Made by a program: the position numbers and the translations under genes. The notes under the pieces are model-generated. The model worked only from the letters and a program-made list of their open reading frames with translations, made no database searches and had not been told where the DNA came from. A stretch of DNA of 64,000 nt, from IMG/VR virus record IMGVR_UViG_3300020037_009644, positions 64,001 through 128,000 of that record. One strand, written 5' to 3'. Numbering within the stretch: position 1 is the first letter of the stretch; each line of letters begins with the position of its first letter. Source of the stretch: a virus (Duplodnaviria > Caudoviricetes). Shown piece by piece: positions 1-9,176 of this stretch.

Positions 1-42
1 GGGTATGTTTCTGAACGGAAGATTTTGAACGTTGGTCATGGA

Positions 43-486
43 TTATTTGAAGAAGCTCGGAGGAAGACCGTAAAAATTATTCTCTCCGGTTTTCATGTTA
101 GGATTGGTTTGATCTTTACGAAGTTGTTTTTTGATGTGCTCGAATTGAAGATCGCGCTTTAGCTTTTGGAGATTTTCGATGTTTTCACTTGAAAACTTTA
201 TTTCTTCCGGAATTTGAGAAGAGGTCATGATTTTTTCAATTTCCGAAGAGTCTGGAATGTTGGGGTCGAAAAATTTTTGAGATGTTTCATCCTGCCATTC
301 ATCGTATTTTTGTTTGACATATACTGTCAATATGTTTTTTTCGGGATTGTTGATGATAAGGAGATTTCCCAAAGCCCCATCTTTCCCGAGAACCCATTCC
401 TCTTTTGTTTGATCGAGAAGAATTCCTGAGTAACTCTGTCCGTTTTCAAGCGTAACGACCAGATCCTTGCTAACCAAGTTAATCAT
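43..486 (-). CDS. Hypothetical protein with N-terminal Sm/LSm (Hfq-like)-type motif
   Basis: LVVTLENGQSYSGILLDQTKEEWVL resembles the Sm1 pattern V-x-L-x-N-G-x-x-(Y/L)-x-G-x-L. ATGA overlap with the upstream gene. Confidence 0.5.
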   Translation of the reverse strand: MINLVSKDLVVTLENGQSYSGILLDQTKEEWVLGKDGALGNLLIINNPEKNILTVYVKQKYDEWQDETSQKFFDPNIPDSSEIEKIMTSSQIPEEIKFSSENIENLQKLKRDLQFEHIKKQLRKDQTNPNMKTGENNFYGLPPSFFK

Positions 487-1058
487 AATGAAGCGAGAGT
501 TTCTCTTTTGAGCCCGATAGAATACAGTTGATCGAGGAGATTTTTATATGAGGCTCGGTCGTCGGGAGCTTCGTCAACCGCCTGTTGGGCGAAGGCAAGA
601 TCACCGTAAGTTTCGATGGGGAGGTTTGAATCAGCGATTAGAGATGTGTACTCTGATGGAAGAGGAGTTGTCTTGGTAATCTTCTTAGCTTTGGATTGGA
701 GAATGAGATATTTGTTAACCAACCCTCCGGAGATTAGATAGGAAATTTTATGAATGACCGTCTTATTGGGGATAATGTTGCAGTCGAAAATCCAGTCGAT
801 GTAGTTCTTGACAACCGTGCTCGACTGACCAATTGCCGCCATGGCTTTTTTGATGATGACGATCTCCGAACATTTCCCGGGAGCAGTGCCATTAAACCCA
901 AGAGCATAAGGTCGTTGGTAATGATTTTGAAAGCGATGACAAAAATATCCGAGGAGGTGATAATCTTTCCAAGAAGCTGGATCGACAGAATGGAAAGAGT
1001 TCATTCGGGTCAAGAAATTTTGCCAGACCTTGGATAAAAGAAGGTTTGAATTGGTCAT
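483..1058 (-). CDS. Hypothetical phage protein (191 aa)
   Basis: Long ORF coupled to both neighbours by 4-nt overlaps. No recognisable motif. Confidence 0.75.
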   Translation of the reverse strand: MTNSNLLLSKVWQNFLTRMNSFHSVDPASWKDYHLLGYFCHRFQNHYQRPYALGFNGTAPGKCSEIVIIKKAMAAIGQSSTVVKNYIDWIFDCNIIPNKTVIHKISYLISGGLVNKYLILQSKAKKITKTTPLPSEYTSLIADSNLPIETYGDLAFAQQAVDEAPDDRASYKNLLDQLYSIGLKRETLASL

Positions 1059-1510
1059 AATGTCTCCGATTCAATAAATGCAATATCTTCTGTTTTTGAT
1101 TTGTAATAAAGGATGGACATTTTTATAGAAACGACATTGGCTTCTATCTTTTTTTGATCTTTGTGATCTACAATGATGACTTTTCTTTTCCAAAGATCGG
1201 AAAGGAAGATTGCCAAGGAGCTAAAATCCATCATTTGATGATCCCCGCCGATGTGCCAAGGATTATCTTCTTGACGATAATCATAGATAGAAAATGTATA
1301 TCCGCAACCATCTTGAACGTACCACTCATAATTTGTTTTGTATCCACCGTCTCCGTCGGTCGGCTCGCCAAAAGCTTGAACCAGCTCTTTATAAGAAGCG
1401 TAAAGATATCCGCAGAGACAATTGTCTCCATCAAAATCCACGTTTTCTTTTGAGCCGGATTCAAAATGAGGAGCTTCTATTAAATCATTTTCTAGCTGCC
1501 GTCTATTCAT
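1055..1510 (-). CDS. Hypothetical protein
   Basis: Start moved to the ATG at 1510 (MNRRQ...), which overlaps the end of the upstream gene. Confidence 0.65.
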   Translation of the reverse strand: MNRRQLENDLIEAPHFESGSKENVDFDGDNCLCGYLYASYKELVQAFGEPTDGDGGYKTNYEWYVQDGCGYTFSIYDYRQEDNPWHIGGDHQMMDFSSLAIFLSDLWKRKVIIVDHKDQKKIEANVVSIKMSILYYKSKTEDIAFIESETL

Positions 1511-1748
1511 GATTGATTTCTTCCAATAGTTGTTGGTAAAATTCTTTGGGGATATCACTTATTTTGAGGTAAAAATCATTGGATGAATATTCACGTCCAT
1601 GAATGAAATATTTGGAGACCCCAGAGAGATAGTCGACGTAAGCCGGTCCGGTTACACAATGAAGCTTGCATGAATTATAGCTTTCAAAGCAGATGTAACC
1701 GTGTCCTCCTGCCAAAGGCATTTTGTAAGGTTCTTTATCATCAATCAT
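1503..1748 (-). CDS. Small hypothetical protein with one LHxxxGPA...YFIHG repeat unit
   Basis: Start reassigned to ATG 1748, overlapping the helicase stop. KLHCVTGPAY...YFIHG resembles the LHRxDGPA-x(n)-WYxNG repeat common in large phages and giant viruses. Confidence 0.6.
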   Translation of the reverse strand: MIDDKEPYKMPLAGGHGYICFESYNSCKLHCVTGPAYVDYLSGVSKYFIHGREYSSNDFYLKISDIPKEFYQQLLEEINHE

Positions 1749-3213
1749 TTTCAATCCAGATAACCTCAAATCCTTTTTCTTGTCTATACGTTTCGCATCT
1801 TTTCTTAGAGTGAGCGTTGAGAAACTTGACGTTGTCCTGAAAATCAACGATATAAGCTTTTTTCTTTCCAGGATAAGCCCGAATGACCCTGCCGATTCTT
1901 TGCAGGGCTCGACCAGAAGCTTTTCCGCCGCCGGCAAGGATCAATCCAGAAATTTCTGGAATGTTAACCCCGATATCAAAGACGACCGAGGCAAGAATTA
2001 GATCAATTTTTTTGTCTCTAAAATCTTGAATGACCTGATTTCTTTTCTCGAGAGAATCCTTACCAGAAAGAAGAGCGTATTTAATGCCGCGCGCTTTGCA
2101 AAGGTCGGCAAGAATGTTTCCGTGCTTGATTTGTTTGAAGAGGACGAGAACGCGAAGATCGTTGTTGACCAACGACAGAGAATTGTCGATGACCAAATTG
2201 TTTCGAATCTCATTCTCGACGATGTAGTTTTTGTAAACCTGCTGATAGGTATTTAAAGGAGCTGACCCACGCTTAAGCTTGGGAACGTCGACGAAAGTTA
2301 TGACCGGCTGAACAATAACTCCCCTTTCGATTAACTCGCTGGCGCTAATATCGACAATCTTGGGACCGAGGATTGACTCGGCAAGAAGATCGGTGCCGTC
2401 CTCACGATAAGGAGTTCCGGAGAGCCCGTAAAGGCTCTCCGGATTAATGGCGGCATAGATTGAGCGAAGAGAATTTGTTACGATGAATTGACACTCGTCG
2501 ACAATGTGGACCGGAGAGTCAGCAAGCATCTGAATGATTTTGCCCTTATCTGATTCGGAAAAGGCATCTTCGTCGATCTCGTCGTCTTCGTTGATCAAAT
2601 CGGCAAGATCAATATTAAGAGCTTTGCCAAGTGTCCAGATCGAGGCGACGTTAATCCTTTGAATGTCGACCATTCCGTTGCCAATCCAGCCGATCTTTTC
2701 TTCGAAAAGAGAGGATAGGGTATCGTGAAATTGTTGAAGAAGCTGCAATCCAACGACATGAATGACACAAGGCTTGTTCAGCTTGGCTGCCATCATTGCG
2801 ATAATCAGGGTTTTTCCCGAAGATGTACACGCTCGAATAACACCCCTTCTATGATCGTCGGTTAGGTCAACTACCCTTTGTTGGTAATCTCTTGGAACAA
2901 TTTTAAGCCCAGCTAATTTCTTGGAAAGATCAATAGGTTCAGGGGCAAGATAAGGTGGTCTTCTATCCTCGGTCGCGTAGACAAGATTGTTTTCGGTCAT
3001 GAACTCTTGAACTTTATCAAGAAGACCAAGACTAAAGCGTCTTTTGTTATTGATGAGATATGTTACCCCATCCCAATGACCTCGACGAAATGCTTCGACG
3101 TGTTCTACTCCGACCTGACGAAAGGAAAGCTTATTCCGAAGAAGAGGAAAAAGAGAATCGTCGTCAAAATCGACAGAGCACTCCTTGTGATCAAGGATAG
3201 TTATTTTATTCAT
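1741..3213 (-). CDS. Superfamily 2 DNA helicase (UvsW/ResIII/XPB-like)
   Basis: Q motif PRDYQ, Walker A TSSGKT, DECQ (motif II), SGTP (III), FDIGVNIP (V), QRIGRVIR (VI). Confidence 0.93.
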   Translation of the reverse strand: MNKITILDHKECSVDFDDDSLFPLLRNKLSFRQVGVEHVEAFRRGHWDGVTYLINNKRRFSLGLLDKVQEFMTENNLVYATEDRRPPYLAPEPIDLSKKLAGLKIVPRDYQQRVVDLTDDHRRGVIRACTSSGKTLIIAMMAAKLNKPCVIHVVGLQLLQQFHDTLSSLFEEKIGWIGNGMVDIQRINVASIWTLGKALNIDLADLINEDDEIDEDAFSESDKGKIIQMLADSPVHIVDECQFIVTNSLRSIYAAINPESLYGLSGTPYREDGTDLLAESILGPKIVDISASELIERGVIVQPVITFVDVPKLKRGSAPLNTYQQVYKNYIVENEIRNNLVIDNSLSLVNNDLRVLVLFKQIKHGNILADLCKARGIKYALLSGKDSLEKRNQVIQDFRDKKIDLILASVVFDIGVNIPEISGLILAGGGKASGRALQRIGRVIRAYPGKKKAYIVDFQDNVKFLNAHSKKRCETYRQEKGFEVIWIEND

Positions 3214-3223
3214 CGGATTGATT

Positions 3224-3568
3224 TTAGATCTGATCCGAAGAGGCTAGCAAATCATTTTTGACAGAAGTTGTGACATTATGATAATAAAAATCTAGCTCTT
3301 TTTTGTATTGGGCAAGTTGTTCTTGATATTTTTCGTTTTGCTTGGCTGTTAATTGAAGTTTAATTTGCTGATCGATTGTGGCGCTTGGAGAATACCCTGA
3401 AGTAATTCTAATCACTAAGGATTCACGATCTGGATGATTAGAGTACGCCTCGATCAATTGATTAAGATCGATGCCGGCGCTTTTAAGTGCGGTAATTTTT
3501 TGGAGGGTCTTGTATTCTATTTTCCCAGGATACTTAGGTTTTTTGGGTGGAACAAATTTGCTGGTCAT
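3224..3568 (-). CDS. Hypothetical protein
   Basis: Likely start MTSKFVPPKK at 3568 (or 3580), which minimises overlap with the upstream ORF. Confidence 0.6.
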   Translation of the reverse strand: MTSKFVPPKKPKYPGKIEYKTLQKITALKSAGIDLNQLIEAYSNHPDRESLVIRITSGYSPSATIDQQIKLQLTAKQNEKYQEQLAQYKKELDFYYHNVTTSVKNDLLASSDQI

Positions 3569-4016
3569 TGTTATTTTCATTTTGGTTGGAGAAGTGAAGA
3601 ATAAGATCTTCAAAGAACTCTTGTTGTCTTTTGATGTTGGAAACGATATTTTGAACCTGAGCAGATTCTGGGAGGATAAACATGAATTTGATATCGACGA
3701 TGAAGTTGTCAACGATGACCTGGACCGGAAGTTCGATATCTGGGTTGGGAGAATAAACCGGCTTTATTTCAAAGGAATTGAGAAGACGAATGACCTGTTC
3801 CCAATAAACATCAAGCTCTTGGGCATAGATGATGATCTCGAGATGAGATCCGGCGTGCCTTCGACTAAACCCCGAGCGAACAATGTCGCACCCGACGTGG
3901 GTCAAAGAATCTCCGAGAAGAGAAAGGATCTTCTCGAAGATTTTTGAATTGGTTCCGGCGTCGTCGGCATATTTTGGCAAAGATTGCTGAGATGTTAAGA
4001 TTGATTTGATCGCCAT
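3534..4016 (-). CDS. Hypothetical protein (160 aa)
   Basis: ORF preceded by an AAGGA SD-like sequence. Same strand as neighbours. Confidence 0.65.
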   Translation of the reverse strand: MAIKSILTSQQSLPKYADDAGTNSKIFEKILSLLGDSLTHVGCDIVRSGFSRRHAGSHLEIIIYAQELDVYWEQVIRLLNSFEIKPVYSPNPDIELPVQVIVDNFIVDIKFMFILPESAQVQNIVSNIKRQQEFFEDLILHFSNQNENNNDQQICSTQKT

Positions 4017-4037
4017 ATCAAAATCCTTTCACGACAT

Positions 4038-4232
4038 TTATAGATCAGCCTTGGTTGGGCAGATAGAACACGTTTTAAACCAGATTTTGTTTTTAAAGGA
4101 CATAATCATTATGCCTTTGCAATTATCAACCTGACATGGAGAACCACGAAGCTCAAACAAGGGGCACTCTTCTATTTTTCCATCTGTCCGGAAGCACCCG
4201 TTAATGTCTCCAAAAAACATCGGATTATTCAT
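4038..4232 (-). CDS. Small zinc-ribbon-like protein
   Basis: CQVDNC...CSIC cysteine pairs in 64 aa. Fills the gap between coupled genes. Confidence 0.55.
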   Translation of the reverse strand: MNNPMFFGDINGCFRTDGKIEECPLFELRGSPCQVDNCKGIMIMSFKNKIWFKTCSICPTKADL

Positions 4233-4235
4233 TGT

Positions 4236-4442
4236 TCAAACTCTGTCTGTATCAATTATTTTTTCTTCACCATTTTGGTGAATTACTTTGATATCTAAAT
4301 TAGATGGTTCTCGGGGACAGGTTTCAGCCGAGGTATCAATTTCTAGTCTAGAACCATCTACAAAATAGATCGTCAATGATTGATTGAACCCTTGTTTAAA
4401 AACGGCATCAGAGATTGATTTTCCTTGAATTATTTCAAGCAT
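4236..4442 (-). CDS. Small hypothetical protein
   Basis: Start moved to ATG 4442 (MLEIIQGK), immediately after the tubulin stop. Confidence 0.55.
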   Translation of the reverse strand: MLEIIQGKSISDAVFKQGFNQSLTIYFVDGSRLEIDTSAETCPREPSNLDIKVIHQNGEEKIIDTDRV

Positions 4443-4443
4443 C

Positions 4444-5763
4444 TTATTTTCTCTTGTCCACATTTCCAGCAAAAAACTTGCTAAACGAGGAGCTCTTCGA
4501 AGCAATTTGATCTTTGACCTTTTGAGCAGCCGAGATTGTCTCATCTCCGGTATTGATCGAAAGATTCACCTGGCGTCGTTCGGTCTTGGCTTTCATTTGC
4601 TCTTGTGCCTCCTTGACCTCCTTCTGGAGAGAAGTAACCCGAGATTCGGGCAGAGACAGCCCTGAGAAGACCGAATAGACCACGGCGCAGTCTTCGGTAC
4701 TGTCGGTCACATAAACCCCTTTAAAGAGGGTTACAGCCCCACACTTGTCCTGAATCATGGTTGAGGCATAGTTGGTCGCCGAAGAAGGAATCTTTTCGAG
4801 AACAGCCTTCGATCCGCAGACAATAAATCCAGCATATTTGCTCGATTCGAGATTGAATCCGGCGGCAAGGAGATTGCCATCAAGCTTATCGATGACGGCA
4901 GTGGCGAGAGCGACCTCGTCCTGATAATTTGCAACTTTCATTGAAGAGAAAACGCAGAATCCCTCTCCATCAAGCATGATTTTGGCGTAGTCGGTCGAGT
5001 CGAGAGCAATAGCGCTTGACTTTGAGGAAAGGACGTTGAGAAGATCAATCGGTTCGACGATGGCTTTGTTAGCAACCTCGTAGAAAGAAAGTTGTCCGAC
5101 ATCTTTGTAGATCGTCTCGATTCTAGCGTTGTCTGCACAAATGACCGATTGGACTTTCTTCTCTTGAACCAGCTTGCTGAGCTTGGCAAGAGTCGTGATC
5201 GAATTACTTTTGGTTCCGGCGTCTTCGGAATCCATAGGAAGAACAGCGATGACGATAACCGGAAGTCCAATTTTTCCAAGGACCTCGATGACCGGAGCCA
5301 GCGACCCGGCACCCGAGCCACCTCCAAGTGAAAGACAGTAGACCAGTGCTTGGGCTGTGTCAAGTTTGGTCGCAACCATTTCGTAAAGATGGTCCATGTA
5401 AGCTGTTGCAGCTCCTTCGCCAATCTCCAACGATTTACCAGCTCCGTTGAGACCATATTCGGTATGAAGCTTGTTGGTCTCGGGAATCTTGATCCCCTCG
5501 AGATCCTGAATCGCAGTATTCATCACGACGGTTTGATAGCCGAGGTTGTAGAAAACCTCCGCAAGCTTCGAACCAGCGGCGCCGGCTCCCAGGACTCCCC
5601 AGCGAATTGATTTTCGGGGCGGCATCATGATTTTAGCTGGCATATCTTCGGCTTTTGACTCTTCGGATGATTCTTGATTTTGTTTCTCCTTCATTCTTTG
5701 CTTGAGGAGGGTTAATTTATCGAGGTTAAGATCGTCTTGAACAACTGTAATAATTTCGGGCAT
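4444..5763 (-). CDS. Tubulin/FtsZ-family GTPase (phage tubulin, PhuZ/TubZ-like role)
   Basis: GVLGAGAAGSKL (T1), MNTAIQDL, signature SLGGGSGAG, T7-like ALDSTDY. The likely start is MPEIITV at 5763; the longer ORF call overlaps the GT2 gene. Confidence 0.92.
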   Translation of the reverse strand: MPEIITVVQDDLNLDKLTLLKQRMKEKQNQESSEESKAEDMPAKIMMPPRKSIRWGVLGAGAAGSKLAEVFYNLGYQTVVMNTAIQDLEGIKIPETNKLHTEYGLNGAGKSLEIGEGAATAYMDHLYEMVATKLDTAQALVYCLSLGGGSGAGSLAPVIEVLGKIGLPVIVIAVLPMDSEDAGTKSNSITTLAKLSKLVQEKKVQSVICADNARIETIYKDVGQLSFYEVANKAIVEPIDLLNVLSSKSSAIALDSTDYAKIMLDGEGFCVFSSMKVANYQDEVALATAVIDKLDGNLLAAGFNLESSKYAGFIVCGSKAVLEKIPSSATNYASTMIQDKCGAVTLFKGVYVTDSTEDCAVVYSVFSGLSLPESRVTSLQKEVKEAQEQMKAKTERRQVNLSINTGDETISAAQKVKDQIASKSSSFSKFFAGNVDKRK

Positions 5764-5791
5764 GTTATTTTCTTTTTCTTCTTCTTTGCTA

Positions 5792-6604
5792 TTATTCTTG
5801 TTTTTCTTTAATCCAAACAGCTCTTCGATCCCAAAATACCTTGGGAACCAACGCAGATAGCTCGTGAATTTTTTGATGTTGAACCATTTGCTCACGATTA
5901 AAAATGCCTCGAGCTTGATTGAATCTCTCGAGCTTGCTATAGCACATCCAATGTAAATGGAAGTGAACTGGTTCGTTAAGAAAGAGGTTTTTGGGATGAT
6001 GGTAGAGATGAGAAATTTTCCCATCCACCTTACGGTGGACAGGAATGCAATGATAGCTTACCTTACCCTGAAATGCTGGATTATGCGCAAAATGAAAGCC
6101 TTTTTTAGCTTTCCAGATACGGGCGTGGGGGTCATGCATCTTGATGATAGAGTTGGTTTTTTTGGAAAAACGATTCTCGATTGGATGCTCAATGAGGGGG
6201 CAAACCGGGTTGATCGTCGAGAGAGAAATTATGTCGCAACTCCCTCGATTCTCCTCGATGAGGGATTTGGTTCTTTTGAGAAAGATTTCATCAGCGTCGA
6301 GTTGGACGAGCCAATCTCCCTCCGAACATAAAGATTCTGCTCGAGCGAGAGCATGATTTCTTACCTCGACCTCGGGGAATGGGGCGGTCATTTGCTCCCA
6401 TGGTTGGCTATGATCTGGCGAAAATGAAAGATGGTATTTTTCGAGAACGACTTTGTCCCTTGGAAGAGATTCAAGATACTCTAGAGTTCCATCGGTTGAA
6501 CCGTTATCCAAGAAATACATTACGTCAACCCATGGAGAGTGGAACTCGTAGAGATCTTTGATGAACTCGATTTCGTTGTTGATGATGGTCCAAGAGATAA
6601 TCAT
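5792..6604 (-). CDS. Glycosyltransferase family 2 (GT-A)
   Basis: FLDNGSTDGT, VRNHAL, WLVQLDADE (DxD) motifs. Confidence 0.9.
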   Translation of the reverse strand: MIISWTIINNEIEFIKDLYEFHSPWVDVMYFLDNGSTDGTLEYLESLPRDKVVLEKYHLSFSPDHSQPWEQMTAPFPEVEVRNHALARAESLCSEGDWLVQLDADEIFLKRTKSLIEENRGSCDIISLSTINPVCPLIEHPIENRFSKKTNSIIKMHDPHARIWKAKKGFHFAHNPAFQGKVSYHCIPVHRKVDGKISHLYHHPKNLFLNEPVHFHLHWMCYSKLERFNQARGIFNREQMVQHQKIHELSALVPKVFWDRRAVWIKEKQE

Positions 6605-7668
6605 AGAATCTTAAGGTATTGATCTTTCAGAGAACTCCAAAGAAATTGTTTTGAAAACTCTCGATTGGACTGAGCTTTATCGAGAAGAGGTTGGTAGTTT
6701 TCATAGACGTCGGTCATGGCATCGGCAAGATCAGAGACGGTACAGTCAAAGTAATTACCAATTTGTTGGTTTTGAAAGACTTCGTAGATAGCAGGGACCG
6801 GATTGTTTGATTTAAGCGAGGTTACCAAGCCTGTATCGCAAATTGTTTTGTGAGCCGTGTTGTTAGAAACAATGGCGGGCGTGCCGAGAGCAATAGCTTC
6901 TCGGGCAGGAATTCCATAGCCCTCTCCTTGAGATGGAATGACAACGCAATCCAAAGACCGCATGAAGCCGAGATAATCTTTGTCAGACATCGGAGAGTAA
7001 GACAGAGAAATATTATCAGCTTTAGAGTGGGTAACTGCTTTTTGAATCTGCTCGAAATATGGACCAAAGCGAGAGTGCAACTTAAGCTGAATTCGGGGAA
7101 CGTTCTTGAACCGAAGTGCAAAAGCTTCGATCAGCTTAATCATATTCTTTCTTTGCCAAGCTCCGGCAGAAAGACCAAAGGTAAAAACCGAGTTGGCTTC
7201 TTTCTTTGCAGGAGATGTCAGAAATGGTTCGAGGAAACATCCAAGAGGGATAACATGAATGGGCTTTGTTACTCCAGCTTTTTGATAAACTGGAACGAGC
7301 CACGCATCGGGAACGATTACTTCGTCGTAGTATTCGTTGAGAATATTGACCCAAAATTTGGGAATATCATCGGACTCAAACATCGAAAGAGCAATGGTTT
7401 TTTCGTGAGCCTTGCGAACCTTTTGATGGGTTGGAATCATTCCCTCATTCAGACCGAGGATGTAGGTCCAGATGCCCACTTTGCCGTAGGCAGTAAAAGG
7501 CTTAACCAAATCTTTCATGACCCTAGCTGGAATATCCCGATAGTTAGCAGTTCCAATCAACGATAGATTCACGTCGCGATCGTTTTGAACCGCCGAGATG
7601 ATTCCGATTCCGTGCCGCCCGATTGAGTCATAGGGAAGAATGTTACTCCAAACAGTTAGATCGACCAT
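6601..7668 (-). CDS. Glycosyltransferase family 4 (GT-B)
   Basis: VIPLG, RKN, PSQGEGYGIPAREAIALGTP (EX7E). Confidence 0.92.
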   Translation of the reverse strand: MVDLTVWSNILPYDSIGRHGIGIISAVQNDRDVNLSLIGTANYRDIPARVMKDLVKPFTAYGKVGIWTYILGLNEGMIPTHQKVRKAHEKTIALSMFESDDIPKFWVNILNEYYDEVIVPDAWLVPVYQKAGVTKPIHVIPLGCFLEPFLTSPAKKEANSVFTFGLSAGAWQRKNMIKLIEAFALRFKNVPRIQLKLHSRFGPYFEQIQKAVTHSKADNISLSYSPMSDKDYLGFMRSLDCVVIPSQGEGYGIPAREAIALGTPAIVSNNTAHKTICDTGLVTSLKSNNPVPAIYEVFQNQQIGNYFDCTVSDLADAMTDVYENYQPLLDKAQSNREFSKQFLWSSLKDQYLKIL

Positions 7669-8225
7669 GATTGATTATCTCCCAATTTTTCTTGAAGCTT
7701 TTCCCAATAAACGGCTTTCTTGATTCCACGAAGTTGATGAACAGCCGGTTCCTCAAATTGAGCGTTGTCATGGAGAAAGTCGAGAGACACGATGGCTCTA
7801 ATATAGGCAAGCTTAGAGTCCAGGTCAAGACTTACGAAAGCAACGTGTTGGTTGGGAGATGTCCGATCGAAAATTTCTTTGTCGTAAGAAAAGCCCTGGG
7901 ATTGAAAAATCCAAGAGGTGCCGAATTTTTTGCCTATCTTGACGTCTTGGGTTTTAATGTGCAAATTGAAAGAAGCGTCTTTGAGATCGAAGTCCCAGCT
8001 TTTTTCTTTCGGTTTGTAAATTTTGAAATCGGGCTGAGTAATCTTTGGAAATTTCGGAAGAAGAGTTTGATAAACCGCAATCTCACCCAATTTGCCAATC
8101 AAAGAATCGCGCGTTCGTTTGTCTTTGTTATGTTGATTCCGGGTCGAATAAAAGGAAGTATCGACGTCGGTACTGAATTTGATGCAGCTGGCTATTTCTT
8201 CGTCGGAAAATTGATATTGGGTCAT
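7656..8225 (-). CDS. PD-(D/E)XK nuclease-like protein
   Basis: GKLGEIAV helix, PDF, WDFDL, LHIKTQ follow the restriction-endonuclease-like E...D...xK pattern. Confidence 0.55.
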   Translation of the reverse strand: MTQYQFSDEEIASCIKFSTDVDTSFYSTRNQHNKDKRTRDSLIGKLGEIAVYQTLLPKFPKITQPDFKIYKPKEKSWDFDLKDASFNLHIKTQDVKIGKKFGTSWIFQSQGFSYDKEIFDRTSPNQHVAFVSLDLDSKLAYIRAIVSLDFLHDNAQFEEPAVHQLRGIKKAVYWEKLQEKLGDNQSWSI

Positions 8226-8261
8226 GTCCTGCCTTTGATGGTGTCGAAGCAGGAGGAATTA

Positions 8262-9176
8262 TCAATCAGATGATGATAAGTTCAAAAACCATCTGTTGTT
8301 AGAATACCATTTGACGACTTGCTCAAGTCCGGCGATGTTGCTGGATTTTGCCTGCCATCCCTGCGAAATAAGTTCAGAAGAATCCAAGGAAACCTCTTGG
8401 CTAAACGGGATCTCTTTTGAAGTGGTGGGCGACTTGACGCCCGATTTATTGAGAAGCGAGGCGATTAAATTAATCAAAGCCCCGTCCGTTAAATTAAACG
8501 GAGCGCTGACATTAAAAATTCGACGATCCATTTCGGTCGAAGAAATAGATAAAAGAATACCATCAATCAAGTCATCCATTGAAATAAGATTATGATTTAT
8601 TCCAGCATCTGGAAAATCGAATTGATCAATAATCGAAGCAATCGCATAAGGAAGAAGTGAGTGAGCGTCTTGCCGAATTCCAAATACAGAGGTGGGTCTA
8701 AGAATTGTATATTTGAGTCTGCTAATTTGAAGAAGATTTTCGCAAGCAATCTTAGAAATAGAACAAACATTGTCGGCTGAGCAGGCGTCGTCTTCTTTGG
8801 CTCCAGACGGTGAACTGTAAACCTGATCGGTGCTTAGGTAAACAATCTTATCAATCCCTCGAGAAAGACAGCACTGAATGACGTTATGCATTCCCTGAAT
8901 TTCGTCGATGGGATTTTTACATTGGAGCAGATTGATTACCGCATCAGGTTTTTCGAGATTAAAGATTTTTTCGAGAATCTTAATATCAAGGGCTGTTGCT
9001 AGATGAAAAGAATAGTTCTTGTTAACATAAAGGTTTTTTTCGGAATTATCCGAAGAAAGATCATCAACCCCAACAAGCTGGTAAGGAAGCTTGTCGAAGA
9101 TGATCTTTCTAATTATGTTAGATCCAACGGCTCCGGCAGAGCCGATGATGAGTATTTTAGTCGGTCGACTGATCAT
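8262..9176 (-). CDS. NAD-dependent epimerase/dehydratase family protein (RmlB-like, degenerate active site)
   Basis: GSAGAVG Rossmann motif. STDQVY in place of STDEVY, CSISK in place of YxxxK, RPTSVFG, and a C-terminal GLEQVVKWY. Likely start ATG 9176. Confidence 0.8.
   Translation of the reverse strand: MISRPTKILIIGSAGAVGSNIIRKIIFDKLPYQLVGVDDLSSDNSEKNLYVNKNYSFHLATALDIKILEKIFNLEKPDAVINLLQCKNPIDEIQGMHNVIQCCLSRGIDKIVYLSTDQVYSSPSGAKEDDACSADNVCSISKIACENLLQISRLKYTILRPTSVFGIRQDAHSLLPYAIASIIDQFDFPDAGINHNLISMDDLIDGILLSISSTEMDRRIFNVSAPFNLTDGALINLIASLLNKSGVKSPTTSKEIPFSQEVSLDSSELISQGWQAKSSNIAGLEQVVKWYSNNRWFLNLSSSD

Noticed and set aside
5764-6024. N-terminal 87-aa extension of the tubulin ORF, and similar long starts for 1503-1937, 4236-4544 and 61344-61892
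   Set aside because: These overlap upstream genes or a terminator. Internal ATGs give better coupling.
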